Source: Torpedo marmorata (lineage: Eukaryota). From it: a DNA stretch of 64,000 bases. Under the pieces are notes generated by a model. The model was not told where the DNA came from. It ran no database searches and saw only the letters and a program-made list of their open reading frames with translations. The stretch spans positions 31,682,001 to 31,746,000 of the forward strand of contig OZ360249.1 in assembly GCA_977017645.1 (NCBI GenBank), written 5' to 3'. This document shows positions 39,198-52,445 of this stretch, piece by piece (positions within the stretch are counted from its first letter, which is position 1; each line of letters begins with the position of its first letter). The translations under genes and the position numbers were made by a program.

Positions 39198-39813
39198 ATG
39201 GTTTTGTCCAAAAGTTTATGATTTTTGGTTGAAAGTTAAAAACTTTTTAGATAAAGTATTAGGAACTACACTTCCAATGGATCCTATGATATTTTTGTTT
39301 GGAGATATTGAAGGAACCAGTGTTGGAGTGAAATTGAATATGTACCAGACGGAGTTTTTGCGTGTTGCTTTGGCCGTTTCTAAGAAATGTATTGCCACTA
39401 CATGGAAGTCGGATGTAGATTTGGGGTTGGAAAGATGGCACGCAGAATTGCGTTCTTGCATACTACTCGAAAAAATTACATATAATTTACGTGATAAGTA
39501 TCATTTCTTTTTGGAAGTATGGAGCCCATGTATAAAAATTGTGGGTTTAAGGATTTGAAGATCTCTGGTCATCGGGTCTGGCTGGCGAGCCTATCCTCCA
39601 CAATAAGATCAGTTTATAGTTGTTCTTTTTAGATTGACATTCTCCTTACTCTATCCTTTTCTTCTTCTTTCTTTCTTTTCGGGAGGGTTAGGGAGGGGAG
39701 GGTGGGGGGGAGGGGGGGGTGAAAATGTATCACATGTAATTTGAGGAATTTGCGTTTTAAACTGTGTATTGTGTGATTTAAAAATTTTAAATAAAATATT
39801 TAAAAAAAAAAAA
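39198..39813 (+). mobile_element. L1-clade LINE 3' fragment
   Basis: ORF 39229-39558 is nearly identical to the end of 37786-38472; poly-A; 13-bp TSD AAGAAAGAAATCA at 39185-39197 and 39814-39826. Confidence 0.9.
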
Positions 39814-40272
39814 AAGAAAGAAATCATCGTGAAGATCACAGTTCCGTAACCCTAACAAGAAAGGGGGAAACTTGTGAACACACTCGTATGAAGACTATCT
39901 CTGAAAGACCACTCATCAACAGACGTGTGAGTTTGAAAGAAATCGAATACTCCATTCTTGCTTTATAATAACTTCTGAATCACAATTTAAAGGGATCCTG
40001 AAGATCAACAAAAGAAGTTGGAAACTGGACTTTAAAAATGGACTTTTTCAGATTTAAGTTTAAATTGAAACAGTTTGGACTTTAACACACACACACATTT
40101 ACATTTGCGCATAGTGGGGTTTAAGTTAGAGTTAAGTTTAGAAATAAGTAGGATATGCTATGTTATTAATAGTTTAAATAAAAAACTATTTTTGAATTTA
40201 CCATTGTCTGGTGCATATTCCATTGTTGTTCCTTTGTTAGTACTAACAGGGTTTGTTAGCTCGTAACAAAAT

Positions 40273-40290
40273 TGGGGGCTCGTTCGCAAT
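40273..40290 (+). other. Primer-binding site complementary to tRNA-Pro
   Basis: TGGGGGCTCGT 4 nt after the LTR end; matches the first 11 nt of the tRNA-Pro PBS TGGGGGCTCGTCCGGGAT. Confidence 0.8.
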
Positions 40291-40352
40291 TTAACCAAAT
40301 ATTTTTGAAAGTCAATTAAAAGGCTTACAGTGTGTGTGCATAAACAACAGCA

Positions 40353-40937
40353 ATGGAAATTGAAGGGTTTTTGGCACAGCCAAGCTTTACAGATTTGAAG
40401 GGGGCGACAAAAGATGACTTGTTACTTATCGCGCAAAAGTTGCAACTTACAGAGGTAAAACAGTCGATGAAAAAGATAGTAATTCAGAAAATTATAGCTG
40501 AACACTATGTAAAAGAGAAGAGTTTGAAGAAGAGGAGTTAAAACAATTTCCTGAGAGGAAATCTCTTAAGCAGCCGGTACAGCTGGAACAGGGTGAGTTA
40601 GAGAGACGTAGAATGGAGATTGAACTACGTGTAAAGGAGATGGAGTTCGAAACAAGGAAATTAGAGCTAGAGGAAGCTGAAAGGCGGAGGCAGTTTGAGC
40701 TAGAATTAGAAAAATGTAGAGCTGAGGAAGCCCCAAGGCAAAGGGAGTTTGAAGATAAAAGGAGATAAGAAGGAAATCAATCTCTTGGTTCTCGTGAGAA
40801 TTTTATGTCAAGTAGAGAAATAAAGTTAGTTCCTCCATTTAATGAGGATGATATTGATAAATATTTTCAACACTTTGAGAAAGTGACTGAGAGTTTGAAG
40901 TGGCCAAGAAACCATTGGTCCCTCATGTTACAGAGTG
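40353..40937 (+). pseudogene. gag: Gypsy (probably Gmr1-like) gag, frameshifted and truncated
   Basis: TKDDLLLIA N-terminus, E/R/K coiled-coil, IKLVPPFNEDDIDKYFQHFEKVTESLKWP..WSLMLQSV; contains a frameshift and a stop. Confidence 0.8.
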
Positions 40938-41073
40938 TTGAAGGGTGGGGGGGGGGGGAACCGGAGCATCCGGAGGAAACCCATGCAGACACAGGGAGAA
41001 TGTACAAACTCCTTACAGACAGTGCGGGATTTGAACCCTGGTCGCTGGCGCTGTAACAGCGTTGCGCTAACCG
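40938..41073 (-). mobile_element. Partial HE1-like V-SINE
   Basis: Head and V-domain only. Confidence 0.8.
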
Positions 41074-41249
41074 TTTCTGTATTTTTTTTTTTGATTTCCA
41101 TTCCTCTTTTGTTTTTGTTGAACTATTTACAAGAGCTCTATTTTCTATTCTCCTCTCTTGTGGCTCCCTTTCCTATTTAATAACCTTGTAGTCCAATGTT
41201 CTTTAAAATGTCTGTTTGACATTACAGTACAGTGTTTTTATGCTTGCCA

Positions 41250-41520
41250 GCATAAGAACACTAGAGATTAAAGCTGGCGAAGGCCATTTGGTCTCTTGTT
41301 TCTGCTCCGGCATTCTATAAATTCATGGGTGATTTTCTACCTCAGCATCATTTTCATGCACTATTCCCATATCCCTTGATTCCCTTGACATCTAAAAAAT
41401 CTCTTGCCCTCTGTTCTGAATGTACGCAGCATATGAACCTTCACGTCCCTCTTGAATAGTGAATCTTTAGATTCTCTATCAATTGGATGAATACTTTTTC
41501 TTTCTCTGTCCTGAATTAGG
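41250..41520 (-). mobile_element. Old CR1 3' remnant
   Basis: CATAAGAAC...AGGCCATTTGG.CTC...CTGCTCCG.CATTC...CCCATATCCCTTGATTCCCTT. Confidence 0.6.
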
Positions 41521-42657
41521 CAAAAGGTTTGGTGTGGACATGCTGGGCCAAAGGGTCTGTTTCTATCATGAACAACTTTAAAACTCTATGACTGTCCCCT
41601 GGTCCTGTGACCCTGGTTCTAGACAGCCCAGCCATCAATATCTCTTCCTGGGGACCGAGTAGAGAGTAGGAGGAATCTGTAGCCACAATGTAGTTCGAAC
41701 AGTATGGTGTTGCTACTGATTACTCCTTTAAAGGAGTTAGGTTGACCTGGGATTGCTGACGCAGCTCATACATCCATGGTTAACCATGCAAAAAAAATAA
41801 AAAAATAAAAAAAATCGTTATCCTGAATCGCGTCTCAACACTTTTCCTGGGTGGAAAATTGTGCTCAACAGTTTTCTCAGAGGGCCCTGGGGTTGGTTTT
41901 GTGCAGCCTTGTGTTAATCTTAATCTCTGACCTGGTTGTTCAGGATGTTTTTCAAAAGATGAAAGCCTCTTGTGTGACTTTCCCACATTATTTTTAAATA
42001 TTATATTTACAAATCTTATGACTTGATCGTCTGCTTAAAATGTATGGTAGGAAATTCTGTGATATGATATTTTTTGTTATTCATAAATTTTACTATTGTT
42101 AATGAGTTACGTTGAATTTGATTTTGCAGTTGAATTTTTAATTGACAGTCATGTCTTCTTCTATGTCTTTATGAAACCTTAAGCAAGAGCTTACAATGCT
42201 TAGAAATACTTTATTAGGATTTATTTGTAAATTAATAATTAATTGGGATTTGTACTTGGCATTAGCTTTTGAGCTGATAATGAGAAACTGCTCCCAACTT
42301 TAATTCCTGAATGAAATTATGAATGGCTCAATTTTACAAGATGCTGCTAATGTCCGATGGATAAGGCATTGGTAAAATCATGTTTTGGATCTCATTCCAT
42401 GTTCTGAGAACATCAAAACTGTATCAAACTCGTGGGCTGAGGCCTGGTTAATCTCTCTTTGGAGTTTCATTTTCACTCCTCCACACCCTTCTCAGCACCA
42501 GCACCACTTCTTCTCTCCCAATACCCTCAATTGTTTCCTCTTTTTTAAAAAAACCATTTAAAATTCCTGTTGTGAGTGAAGATTTCTTCATGATACTTAT
42601 AAAATCATAATGTTGCTTAAATATGTGTGATATCTCTATAAATAATGAAGTATGGGA

Positions 42658-43062
42658 TGTATCGGGGGTGTAGGTTAACGGGGTGTAAATTGGGTGGCAC
42701 GGACTCGTAGGGCCGAAATGGCCTGTTACCGTGCTGTAAGTCTAAATTTAATTTTTTTTTTAAAGTACTGCATATTTTTAAGTATTGCACATGACGTAGC
42801 GGTTAGCTCAACGCTGTTACAGCGCCAGTGACCGGGACTGGGGTTCGAATCCCGCGCTGTCTGTAAGGAGGTTGTACGTTCTCCTCGTGTCTGTGTGTGT
42901 TTCCTCCAGAGGCTCCGGTTTCCTCCCCACCGTTCAAAACGTACCGGGGCTTGTAGGTTAATTGGGTGTAATTGGGTGGCTGGGCTCATGGGCTGAAAGG
43001 GCCTGTTACCGTGCTGTATGTCTAAATTTAAAATTTAAAATTTAAAAGTTTAAATTTAAATA
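42658..43062 (+). mobile_element. Two tandem HE1-like V-SINEs (3' half at about 42658-42750, near-full copy at about 42790-43062)
   Basis: Family match. Confidence 0.85.
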
Positions 43063-43133
43063 TTAATTTGTATCATTGTTACATCTGCAAATGTAATCAA
43101 CTCCATCACTAAACGTATTGATATTTTCTTTAT

Positions 43134-43310
43134 CAGCCATTCTCAATTCGGGCCATAGCACATTTAAGGGGAGGGGGGAGCATGGACTGAAATTATTAAA
43201 AAAATTTGTTTTTTACATAGACAGTAGGAGAGAAGTGCGGAAGAAACAAACTAAACTTGACTTCTTCACGGAAGGGGGCCACAGCCAAAAAAAAAGGTTG
43301 AGAATAGCTG
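43134..43310. mobile_element. hAT-like MITE
   Basis: TIR CAGCCATTCTCAA / TTGAGAATAGCTG; TSD not well preserved. Confidence 0.55.
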
Positions 43311-46300
43311 GTTTAGATTGCAATTTCTCTTGTTTTTTCTTTTATCTTGCTGTGTGCTGCTCCAATATATTCGACAGTCAGTTTGCAGAAATCCTGAAAC
43401 ATTTTGTGGATTTTTATTGTGAGTATTAAATCCTTGCATATTACATTTAGAGATTGTACTGCGCCACATCTTTTCAACCTAGTTTTTCTGGTTGGTAATG
43501 ACTCCTACAGTCAAGCAGAGCAATCAAATTCATGTTCTATTCAAGAGCTTGCTGATGAGGCTTAATGATGCTCATTGATTAGCTATCTGCTCAATAAAAC
43601 TCAGTGATGTCATGTACACTTTTGAGTTCCACAAAGAGCTTTAGGAATCTTATGGAACTTTTATAATTAAAAGATGTGATGGCATTATTGCAAATAGTAA
43701 TCTTGTTAATATACCAACGATAGTTATCAATTAAATTGTTCTGCACAAAAAAAATCAATGTATCATATTTGATAAATTGTGGGATACTGCTGTCTTGGTC
43801 TGTTGCCTTTGAAAAAGTTATTCGCTTTTGTTTGGAGACTAATTTTTATTATGTACTAAATCATGAGATCATACAAGTATGTAATAAATGTACAACCTGC
43901 TTTTGTCTAAATTTCAACAAATCAGTTTAAGAGTTTACTGTTACATTTGTTTCTTGGCTCTATGCCTTAAAATCCATTGAAGCATAAATCCTAGTATTAA
44001 AATAATTCTGCTGTTGAAAAAGCTGGTTTGGCTTGCTGTTCGTTGAATTATGTAGTCTTATTTCTATGGAGTGCGAGAAAGGTGGTTTCAAGCTCTGTTT
44101 TTCTTTGTTGGTTTGAATTTTGAGACCACCTGACAGCTATAACTAAAAAATTATAGAGTGTGACTTTTGGGAACATTAAAATGAGAGCGAAAATGTTGCC
44201 ATGTGAGTGAAGGGTTTGCCTGAAAGGCCCCACTGTGTGGACTTTTACAAGCTGTGACTTTGCTGATGCAGGTGAAATAGAAGAAGACAGCAATGGTTTC
44301 TCAGCTGTTCCACCACCAGTGAGCCATCAATATCTCTTCCTTCAGCTGTCACCATTTTTCAAACAAGAGTGAGGTGTCCACTGGGCCAGAGGCATTTAGT
44401 GTTTTAGTCAGCCTCGTGATAGACTACAAACAGTTGGTTTGAGAGACTCCTCCATACAACAGTTGTTTTCCAAGCCCTCGTGACTGGGAGGATCGACAGC
44501 TTCGATGTGTTTCGGATTTGCTTCTGATTATGTTCCTGTAGGTAAAATAGTATTTCTTTCAGACTTTGTAATTGATTAAAATACTGAAAGAATCCGGTGA
44601 GTGGCTTGCACTGTGATTATTTTGTAAAATAATGCTAATGTAGGAAAATGTTTATCTTTAAATGCTAGTTTGGTTGAATCACAGAAATGTGTTATTCTTT
44701 GAGATTCAATGACTGTGCTTTTATTTCCACTCTACATTTTCTTTGGCTGCATATGACTTTGTTCCAGTGGGAAGATAGAAGCTTTGAACCCGAGCTTCGG
44801 GAACTGCTACTAGGTTATTATATCAGAATGCCATTTAAAAGAAATAAATATATTTTGTGAATTTCAATGTTTGGAGAACAGGAAAAAGTGTTATTAACAT
44901 ATAATCTGATTATTTTTTCCCTGCTAGCTGTTTTTCATTGCAAATTATCAATAGTATCACAATGTAAAACAAAAAGATGCAACTATAAATGTAACTGAAC
45001 ATCTGAAACAGAGCAGAATCCATTTATTCTTGGTGTGTTTTGACAACTAGTCATGAAATAATGGAATTATCTCTCTTTACCAGTGTTTCATTGTGGCGTT
45101 AAACCTTGTATGCTGCCTGCAAGACCGTAAACAGAAATATTTGGAAATTATGCTTAATAAACTTGCAAAATATATTTGAAGTACAGAATGATGGAGGAAT
45201 AAAGAGAAGGAAGGAGGGAAAGAGAAAGATATGGGAAAGGAATTTTCAGTGAATTTGATTGTTGATTCCCTTTGGGCTGCTTAAAATGCTAGTCATTTTT
45301 TGTTGAAACTAGATTATTACTAAGGAAAGAGCTTCTCAGCATTTGCTCATTTTTGTCCTTTCCTTTTCATTCCTTTTCATTTCTTGAATTTCTTTCTTAA
45401 ATGGAACTTTAATATTGGTGGCCAGTTGTTTCAAATCAACTTGCCATCTGCAGATTTTATTCTGGTTTTTTTTAAATAAAAGAATTTGAATATAATGCAT
45501 TTTTTATTCATGCAGACACCTTTAACCTTTTTTTAATTTTGCATTGTTTTGTAAAATTGCAACATTATTGTTGTCCATGGCTTAAATTATAATAAGAATT
45601 TGTATTCATATAGCATCTTTCAACATGGTAATCGTTACAAAAGTGTAACCTAACGCTATTTGACACGGGGTCATGTAAAGAGATATTGGAATCAATCATC
45701 AAAAAAAAGCCTGGCTCTTTTCACAATTCTAGTCCACTATGGTAAAATGTTCCACCTTGTACCTTTTTAGAAGAAATATGAAATTAAATAATAATGCATT
45801 GTAATAATTAGAACTGCAACCTGAATAGATTGCTCTCCACTGACATCTTAAAACTAATTTTATAGTAACAACTTTATGAAGTGATGGAATTGATATGTGT
45901 ATTAACTTGTTTTGTAGAAAGCATGTTTAATTAGCGAAAACGTTGTCTTTGGGTTTTTTAACTAGATTGGTGGTGTGGGTATCGGTCACATTTCTTGGAT
46001 ATTTAGGAATGTAACCCATTACATTTTCCTTCTAAATGTTGATTGTATATGGGAAGTTTTTTGTTGTTGATCTTTACAGAAGATTATTACATTGGAGTGA
46101 GTACTGAGTTATAGAAATATGAGATGTCAAAATGTTTCAAATAAAATGGTGCCTGACCAAGCATTAAACATAATGCACAATCCCAGATAAAACTTGGATA
46201 AAACTCAAACCAACCAGCAGAGCAATGATAAATGAGTGAGTACTATCCTTGTGAGGAACATGCAAAGTCACAAACATTCTCTAAATGTATACTGAGGTCC

Positions 46301-47814
46301 TCTGAAAGACTCGTTCTGATTTCAAGGAATGCAGGAGTCTTAGCTTTTAATCTCTTTCTATCTCATTCAAAATATCTTTCATCTAATTGTTAGGCTGTTT
46401 TAATAGCTGTGAACTGATGAATAAACAGGTTTTGCTGAATGTGTTATAAAGGTGTGATCCATGAAAATGCAATTTATTACGCTTGATGGAGGGCACCATT
46501 GTCAATACTGTGAACTTCCTCAAACCCTTTTTGCTAAAGGCATCTTAATTAGTCTTGTGGGGTGGGGATGAAAGTTTCAATGCAATTTTATTTTGTTTGG
46601 CATTGCCAAATAAATCAAGTGCGCCTGCAAATTCAAGTACATCCCTCTCTTCCCCCTCGTCTCGAGCAGACTTTGATTGCACAGTTTTGGAATCACATGT
46701 TTCTAATCAGTCAGGTCCCAAGCCAGGTTTTGATTGGCCTGGTTGGGGCCTCTGCTGTGTTCATGGGTGGGGTTATCAGAGCCCTAAGGTACCCAGACTG
46801 GGGCTATGGGGGCACTGAAGCCTTTTTCTGTGATTGGCAGGAGGTGGAGAAAGGAAACAGAACTTTGTGCTGTGGTCAGTTGCAGAGGAGTAGGGGACAG
46901 AAGTAGTGAGGTCTTAGAGTCTTGTGTGGGTGGAGGTTTGAGGGGGAAAGAGGGCTTGAATGACTGTATCTTGAGTTGGGTCAAGGCTACTGAAACAAAG
47001 GTTTGGGGTGGGTGGGAAGAGGAATTAGGAGCTTGTTTCTTGAGTAGGAAAAGGGGAGAAAAGATGGGTAGAATTGACAGTATCTGGGCAGGGATAATTT
47101 AAGTGGCTAAAGGAGAATTTCTTTTTGGAGTTTTAGGTGAATGGCAAATGGGAGAATGAGGTCTTGGCTGGTTGGGACATTGACCAGAATGGTATTGGGG
47201 AGTGATGCAGGGAGAGTGCAGAATGAATAAAGTAAGGGACTTGGGCAATTCATCAGTAAAGTAAGGGACTTTGGCAAAACACGAGTTGTCCAGGGGATGT
47301 CCAGCAATGGTCACTCCACTCCGAGGACAAAGTGGCTCTCCTTCTGCAATACTCCTAAAGGACTGCTATACAGAAACTAATTTAATCCATTCAATTTCTG
47401 TATCAGGACTGCAACAGTGACTCGTGTCTGTATGCCTGGTTACATTTCTAGTGATGCACAAGGAATAAGTTGCTGCTGCATGTCACTTTCAAGGAGGGGT
47501 TGGGGGTGGGTGGGGAGGGAATTGATTTGAATGAAACAGCGATATGCAATTTAATTTCTAGGTGCTGGTGTTTTAAAGTGGTTCATTAATGATTTTTATT
47601 CAGCAGTCAGTGCATACTATTTTTAAAAATAGCAATGTAATTAGAATTAAAACTCCCTGGATTTCTTGTCACACTGATGAATATTTTTTCCATACTTGTT
47701 CTGGGTGCTCTTTTAGGAGACTAACATGTCTTCTGTCGGTATTTTTCGCCTTGAGAGTCTGCTTGTTTCCAGAGTATTTACCACTTCATTGATTTCTGAT
47801 TGAACCTATTTATT

Positions 47815-48830
47815 TCTACAGTGGATATGGTCTTGGCATATTGCTTCAGCCTTTTTTAAGATGATGTCGAAGAAGGATGAGAGGTGACTTAATAGAGTGT
47901 TTAAATTTAAATGAATCACTCCTCTTAGGAGGAGTGGGGGCGTGTTGAGAGGCATAGATGAGGTAGACAGCCAGCGCCTTTTTCTCCAGGGCGGGAGTAG
48001 CAAACACAGCGGACATCTGTACCAAGTGTCATGTTCTATCATCATCCTGAAGGCCATCAGGAAGCCATGTAAATGGTTCAAGACCACAATGTGGAAGAAG
48101 GTTTTAATTTGACTAAAGGAAATATTTTGTTAGTTCTCAACTTTCATGCATTCCCAATGTCTCAGTGCAGAGTTAAGGCCATTGTCTACCTCCTTCTGGA
48201 CTGTGTGCTTGGCCATAAGGTCTGGGAAGTGATGGACTGGACTTTTCTGAAGTTCATCCTGAACAATTGTCTCACACAGGACTATATGCTCCACACAGAG
48301 GTGAGAGTGGGCTACAACGGTGTAGCGGGAAGAGCCTGGCCTAAGCTATATTTACAATAAATCTTGATGGTAAGAAATTTGCATGACTGTCCTGATTAGA
48401 TGGGGGGAAAAAAAAAACTGGTTACCTTCACCCTAGCTCCACAGGTCATTCCCAGGGATGGATGCTGAGCCAAACGTCAGCTGCTGTTAGAAATTATCAA
48501 CGCAATGAAAGATGCCCACTGATCTGAGATTGACATGTATTTGATCAGTCAGGGCATCAAGGGTTACGGGGAGAAAACCGGGGAGTGGGGCTGAGAGGGA
48601 GGATGGATCAGCTCATGATTAGAATGGCGGAGCAGACTCGATGGCCCATTGGGCCTACTTCTGCTCCTATATCTTGTGATATTGTGATCTGCCCAAAACC
48701 TGCTGGTCTTCTGGTGCTTCTGTGCAGGATTGAATGCTGAAGGCTGACACATTCCAAGGCCCAGATATACATGCTGAGGCATTAACTGAAGTTGTGTTTG
48801 GCCACCTTGCAGGTCTGGAAAGGAAGGCTA
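47815..48830 (+). mobile_element. Degraded Tx1-like LINE ORF2 remnant with nested CR1 pieces
   Basis: CRVKAIVYLLLDCVLGHKVW..FLKFILNNCLTQD; CR1 piece at about 47870-48025; CR1 3' end at 48527-48684 with TGATCTG duplication (48520-48526 and 48685-48691). Confidence 0.6.
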
Positions 48831-49105
48831 CAACAAAACTCCTTCTGCCATTGCTGACCAGGAACTGGAACCTGTGCTTTAAAATAAAATAAAAAAATCC
48901 TTGAGCAATTTTGCATAAAAGCAAATTTGATGACTAGCCTTGATGTTTTGAAGCTTTAACGTCAATGAACTGCTCTGTCTTGTCACATTCAGCGGTGACA
49001 TCTGAATATACAGTTAAAAGCGTGCAAGTTTCATGAATTAAGTGGGGAGAAAAATGCAATAATTGAAAAGGCTGTCCTCATGCACATGAGGCACAGTCAC
49101 CCTAC

Positions 49106-49357
49106 CAGTGGTTCTCAACCTTTTTCGGTCTAAGGCCCACCTGGCTTCTGGTTAACATGCCATGGCCTACGAGTGTCAATGACTGAGCAACATTGACAGC
49201 GTGTTCCATGTGTGTCTTTAAAAATGTTAAATAAAATACTTTAAATTAGATAAAGATGCGTTTCTTACAGAGCTGCCTTTGACTTGGAAAATATTGCTCA
49301 GTCAGTGCCACTAGTGGGCCAAGTGGGCAGTAGACCGAAAAAGGTTGAGAACCACTG
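49106..49357. mobile_element. hAT (Charlie-type) MITE
   Basis: TIR CAGTGGTTCTCAACCTTTTTCGGTCTA / TAGACCGAAAAAGGTTGAGAACCACTG; imperfect TSD CCCTA(GA)C. Confidence 0.85.
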
Positions 49358-49869
49358 CCCTAGACAGTGGGTGAAATATGCCAATGAACATTCAAGTCCT
49401 AACCGATTGATTGTTGGGTGACGGGTGATACAGTGATTGATTATTGCATGTGCTGAGCTTTTGGAATGGTGGACCACATTGGGTATTCCTACAGCTTGCT
49501 GGGCGTACCTTCGTAAGGAGTGCGATAGTCAAGAAAATGGCTCACCACCATCTTCTCAAGGGCATTTAGCAATCGGCAGTTAATCCTGGAATGACCAGTC
49601 AAGTTGATTTATTGGGGTAGGTGGAATTTTTCCAAAGCCCGGCCGTTTATTATTGTGGAGTTTGTCCTGTGAGTTTGTTTTGGAATTTGTGCAGTGGAAC
49701 TAAAGGGGGAAAATGTTACTGGGAGCCAAGGGAGTACAATGTGCTTGACAAAAGTATATTGTCACCTGCAATTGCAGTAATCCAGTGCACTACTTTGTGA
49801 CTGACTGAATAATGCAACACAGGGTAGGTGGATGTATTGTTGCTTCAAATGGAAGAGCAGGTTTGGCAA

Positions 49870-50065
49870 AAGAGAAACACAAAAACTGCGGATGCTGGAA
49901 TCTTGAGTGAGCAATGAGAAGCTGGAGGAAATTCGTGGTTATGTCAGTACTCTTGGGTAGAAACGGACAACCAATGTTTCGGGTTGCAACGCTTTATTGA
50001 GTTTTTATTTCTACTCATGGAAGCTGCCAGACCACCTGAGTTCCTCCAGTTTCTCATAGTGCATA
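49870..50065 (-). mobile_element. Old Penelope-tail fold-back mini-element
   Basis: TSD TTTGGCAA at 49862-49869 and 50066-50073; inverted arms ATGAGAAGCTGGAGGAA / TTCCTCCAGTTTCTCAT. Confidence 0.6.
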
Positions 50066-52445
50066 TTTGGCAATTAGTTTATTTCTTGATTTGATTTTTG
50101 ACTTGAGATTCAAGTTAAATGAGCCAGTGACATTTTTTTTTTAAAGCAGCAGAGAGCAAAATTTCATCTTCAAATATGTGGCACTTTAAACATGCCCAAG
50201 TATTGCTTTCTGACAAATCCTGCTCAGAGTCCAAAACATTGTTTAAAAACTTTAGCATTTAATGCAGAAACTATTAAATAGATTTGAATCACAGTAAGTT
50301 GTTTCAATGCTTTTCTTTGATTTTTTTTTTTTTGGGTCATTTCTCATTCCTGACCTTTTGTTTGTTTTTTAAATGTTTTTCAGGACCTTCTTTATTAAGT
50401 TGTTTTTCAGCAATATATTTGCTTACAGGTTTTACCAATCCAGTACTACTCATTGATTTTTTTTTCCCCCTTATTTTCTGCTTTTTGTGTTGTTTTGGTG
50501 GGCAGCGTTAGCAAGAGCGATTAATGCTCTTTTTCTGACCAGGTTCTTGTGTCATCTGCAAAGGTCGGAATTTATTTGGCAGTTATTTACAGTCTCTCCT
50601 GCATTGAAACAACTAAATTTTGGACTAAAACCTGTGTTCAAAATTACTTTGGTTCCTTGGTGAGTGATGAGGCAAGATCTGGGGGTTTTAACCAGTGTTT
50701 TATTCCTTCTTCTTAATTAGTTCCAAGTTACAAATGCTGTGTCACCACCTCTTTTTATTGATTTGCTTTTCCATAGCTTCCATGTGTTTTATACTATTCG
50801 CTCTGACCTCTCTGCTGGTAACAGTATGAACTCTTAAATTCCCTGAATGCTGATTACAACTGCTCTCTGTCCACTCTTATGTGGCCATCATACTCCTGCC
50901 TTTAAGAACAGTCATTCAAAATCACCTTGGTACCTGCCTCTTTGTCTTCAGATCTCTTCCATTATCACGATTTTATCTATTATCTATTAACCTTCATTGG
51001 AAGCAATTTGGAGGGAGGTAGTTCTAACATTAGGAGCAGCATGTATAAACCGTTTCAGTGTATTGTTGGTCAGTTTGTTCTGTGCTTTGTTGTGCATTTT
51101 TTGAAAATAAAATGTTTTTTTTGTTAAGAATATTTGACTTTTCTGTTTATCACCATGTATTGAAATGAAAACCCTCAGTCATTCCTTTTGAGTTCCATGA
51201 GATCTCGTGTTTTTGTCTGAATTGAATATAATGGGAAAAAAAGTGAATTGACCAGAACAAGTTCTTAAAATTGAAAGAAGTGAGTAGTAAGCCTAAAAAT
51301 AATTAAATAGCAGAGTGAACATTTTTAACTAATTGATTGACAATGAATACGAATGCTGGAAAGCAATGATTCACCCAGTCAAAATCTCTTTAGAGTGCAC
51401 GGATCACTGTATTTCTGCTTGTTTTGTTATATTGTTATATTAATCTGTGGCTTACAGTATTCCCACACGTGTTTTAGATCTTGTGTTCAGAACCAAACCA
51501 GATGTTGTGGTTTTTGCCTCTTCCATTGAAAGCAACAAACTTGGGGATGTGTGCAAGGGAGAAAAATGTATTTTAGTCGCGGTCTTGGTACCTTTTGTGT
51601 CCTAAATTGAGACACTGAAGAGAGACAAGATTTCAGTGGCATTATTTTTCAATGCTAGAGAGATGAATATCAGAAATTTGTAAGGAAAGTAATAAATGGG
51701 CTTTTTCATTCTGAGGTTGGTCGTCATATGGTAAATGTCTCTCGAATATCCCCTGAAGAAAACTAAGTGTGCTTTGAAAGGTTGCATTTTACACAGGGTT
51801 ATAGGAGATGAAGCAAGAGAGGGGAGGAGTGGAATGTGCACAGGTGCAGAGCAGATTGCGCAAGTAACGGGAGGCGAAGAGGAGTTTCTTTTTTAATGGG
51901 GATGTGCTTGGTCATAAGTGAGAATGTACATGGGAGTAGGCAGATTTAAAATGTTTGCTCATTCTTTGGAGTTGAATATTTGAAGTAATGCATAATTATG
52001 TGAGGAGATCGTGAATAAAAGTAGAATTAAGGTTATATTGTGGTTTAATTGTTTGATTTGGGGGTGGGAAGTATTGAAATTGATTACTGGCAGAGTGAAA
52101 CTATTTATGATAATGCAATTGAAATGATACTTTGTTTTACAGTTCAATAAGAAATTAATTAAGGAGAGTATGGTAAAACTTCAAGTCAACTCCACAAAAT
52201 TTAACAGAATAAGAGTTAGAAGTTCACAAAGCTTGGAGAGATTAGTTTGTATCTCACTGATCTCCTTTGGAATACTGCCATTTTATGATAGAGGATAAGG
52301 AACCCAGTTCTGTTAAACCACTTTGGAACTTTTGAGCTGAGATTAAAGTACATTGAAGACTTCCCAAGTGCATCTTTATTTTTGGCAGGAGTCCCACCTC
52401 TCAGAATGGTTTGCTTTACAGATTTTTTTTTTCTCTCTATCCAAG

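Larger units (their letters stand above)
37499..40268 (+). mobile_element. 5' LTR of a Ty3/Gypsy element (about 1.2 kb without insertions), carrying two L1 insertions
   Basis: Starts TGTAACG and ends CGTAACA, immediately followed by a PBS and gag. Confidence 0.8.

Noticed and set aside
44520-44547. Possible recursive splice site (TTCCTGTAG|GTAAAA)
   Set aside because: The pyrimidine tract and donor are weak, so it cannot be supported without RNA data.
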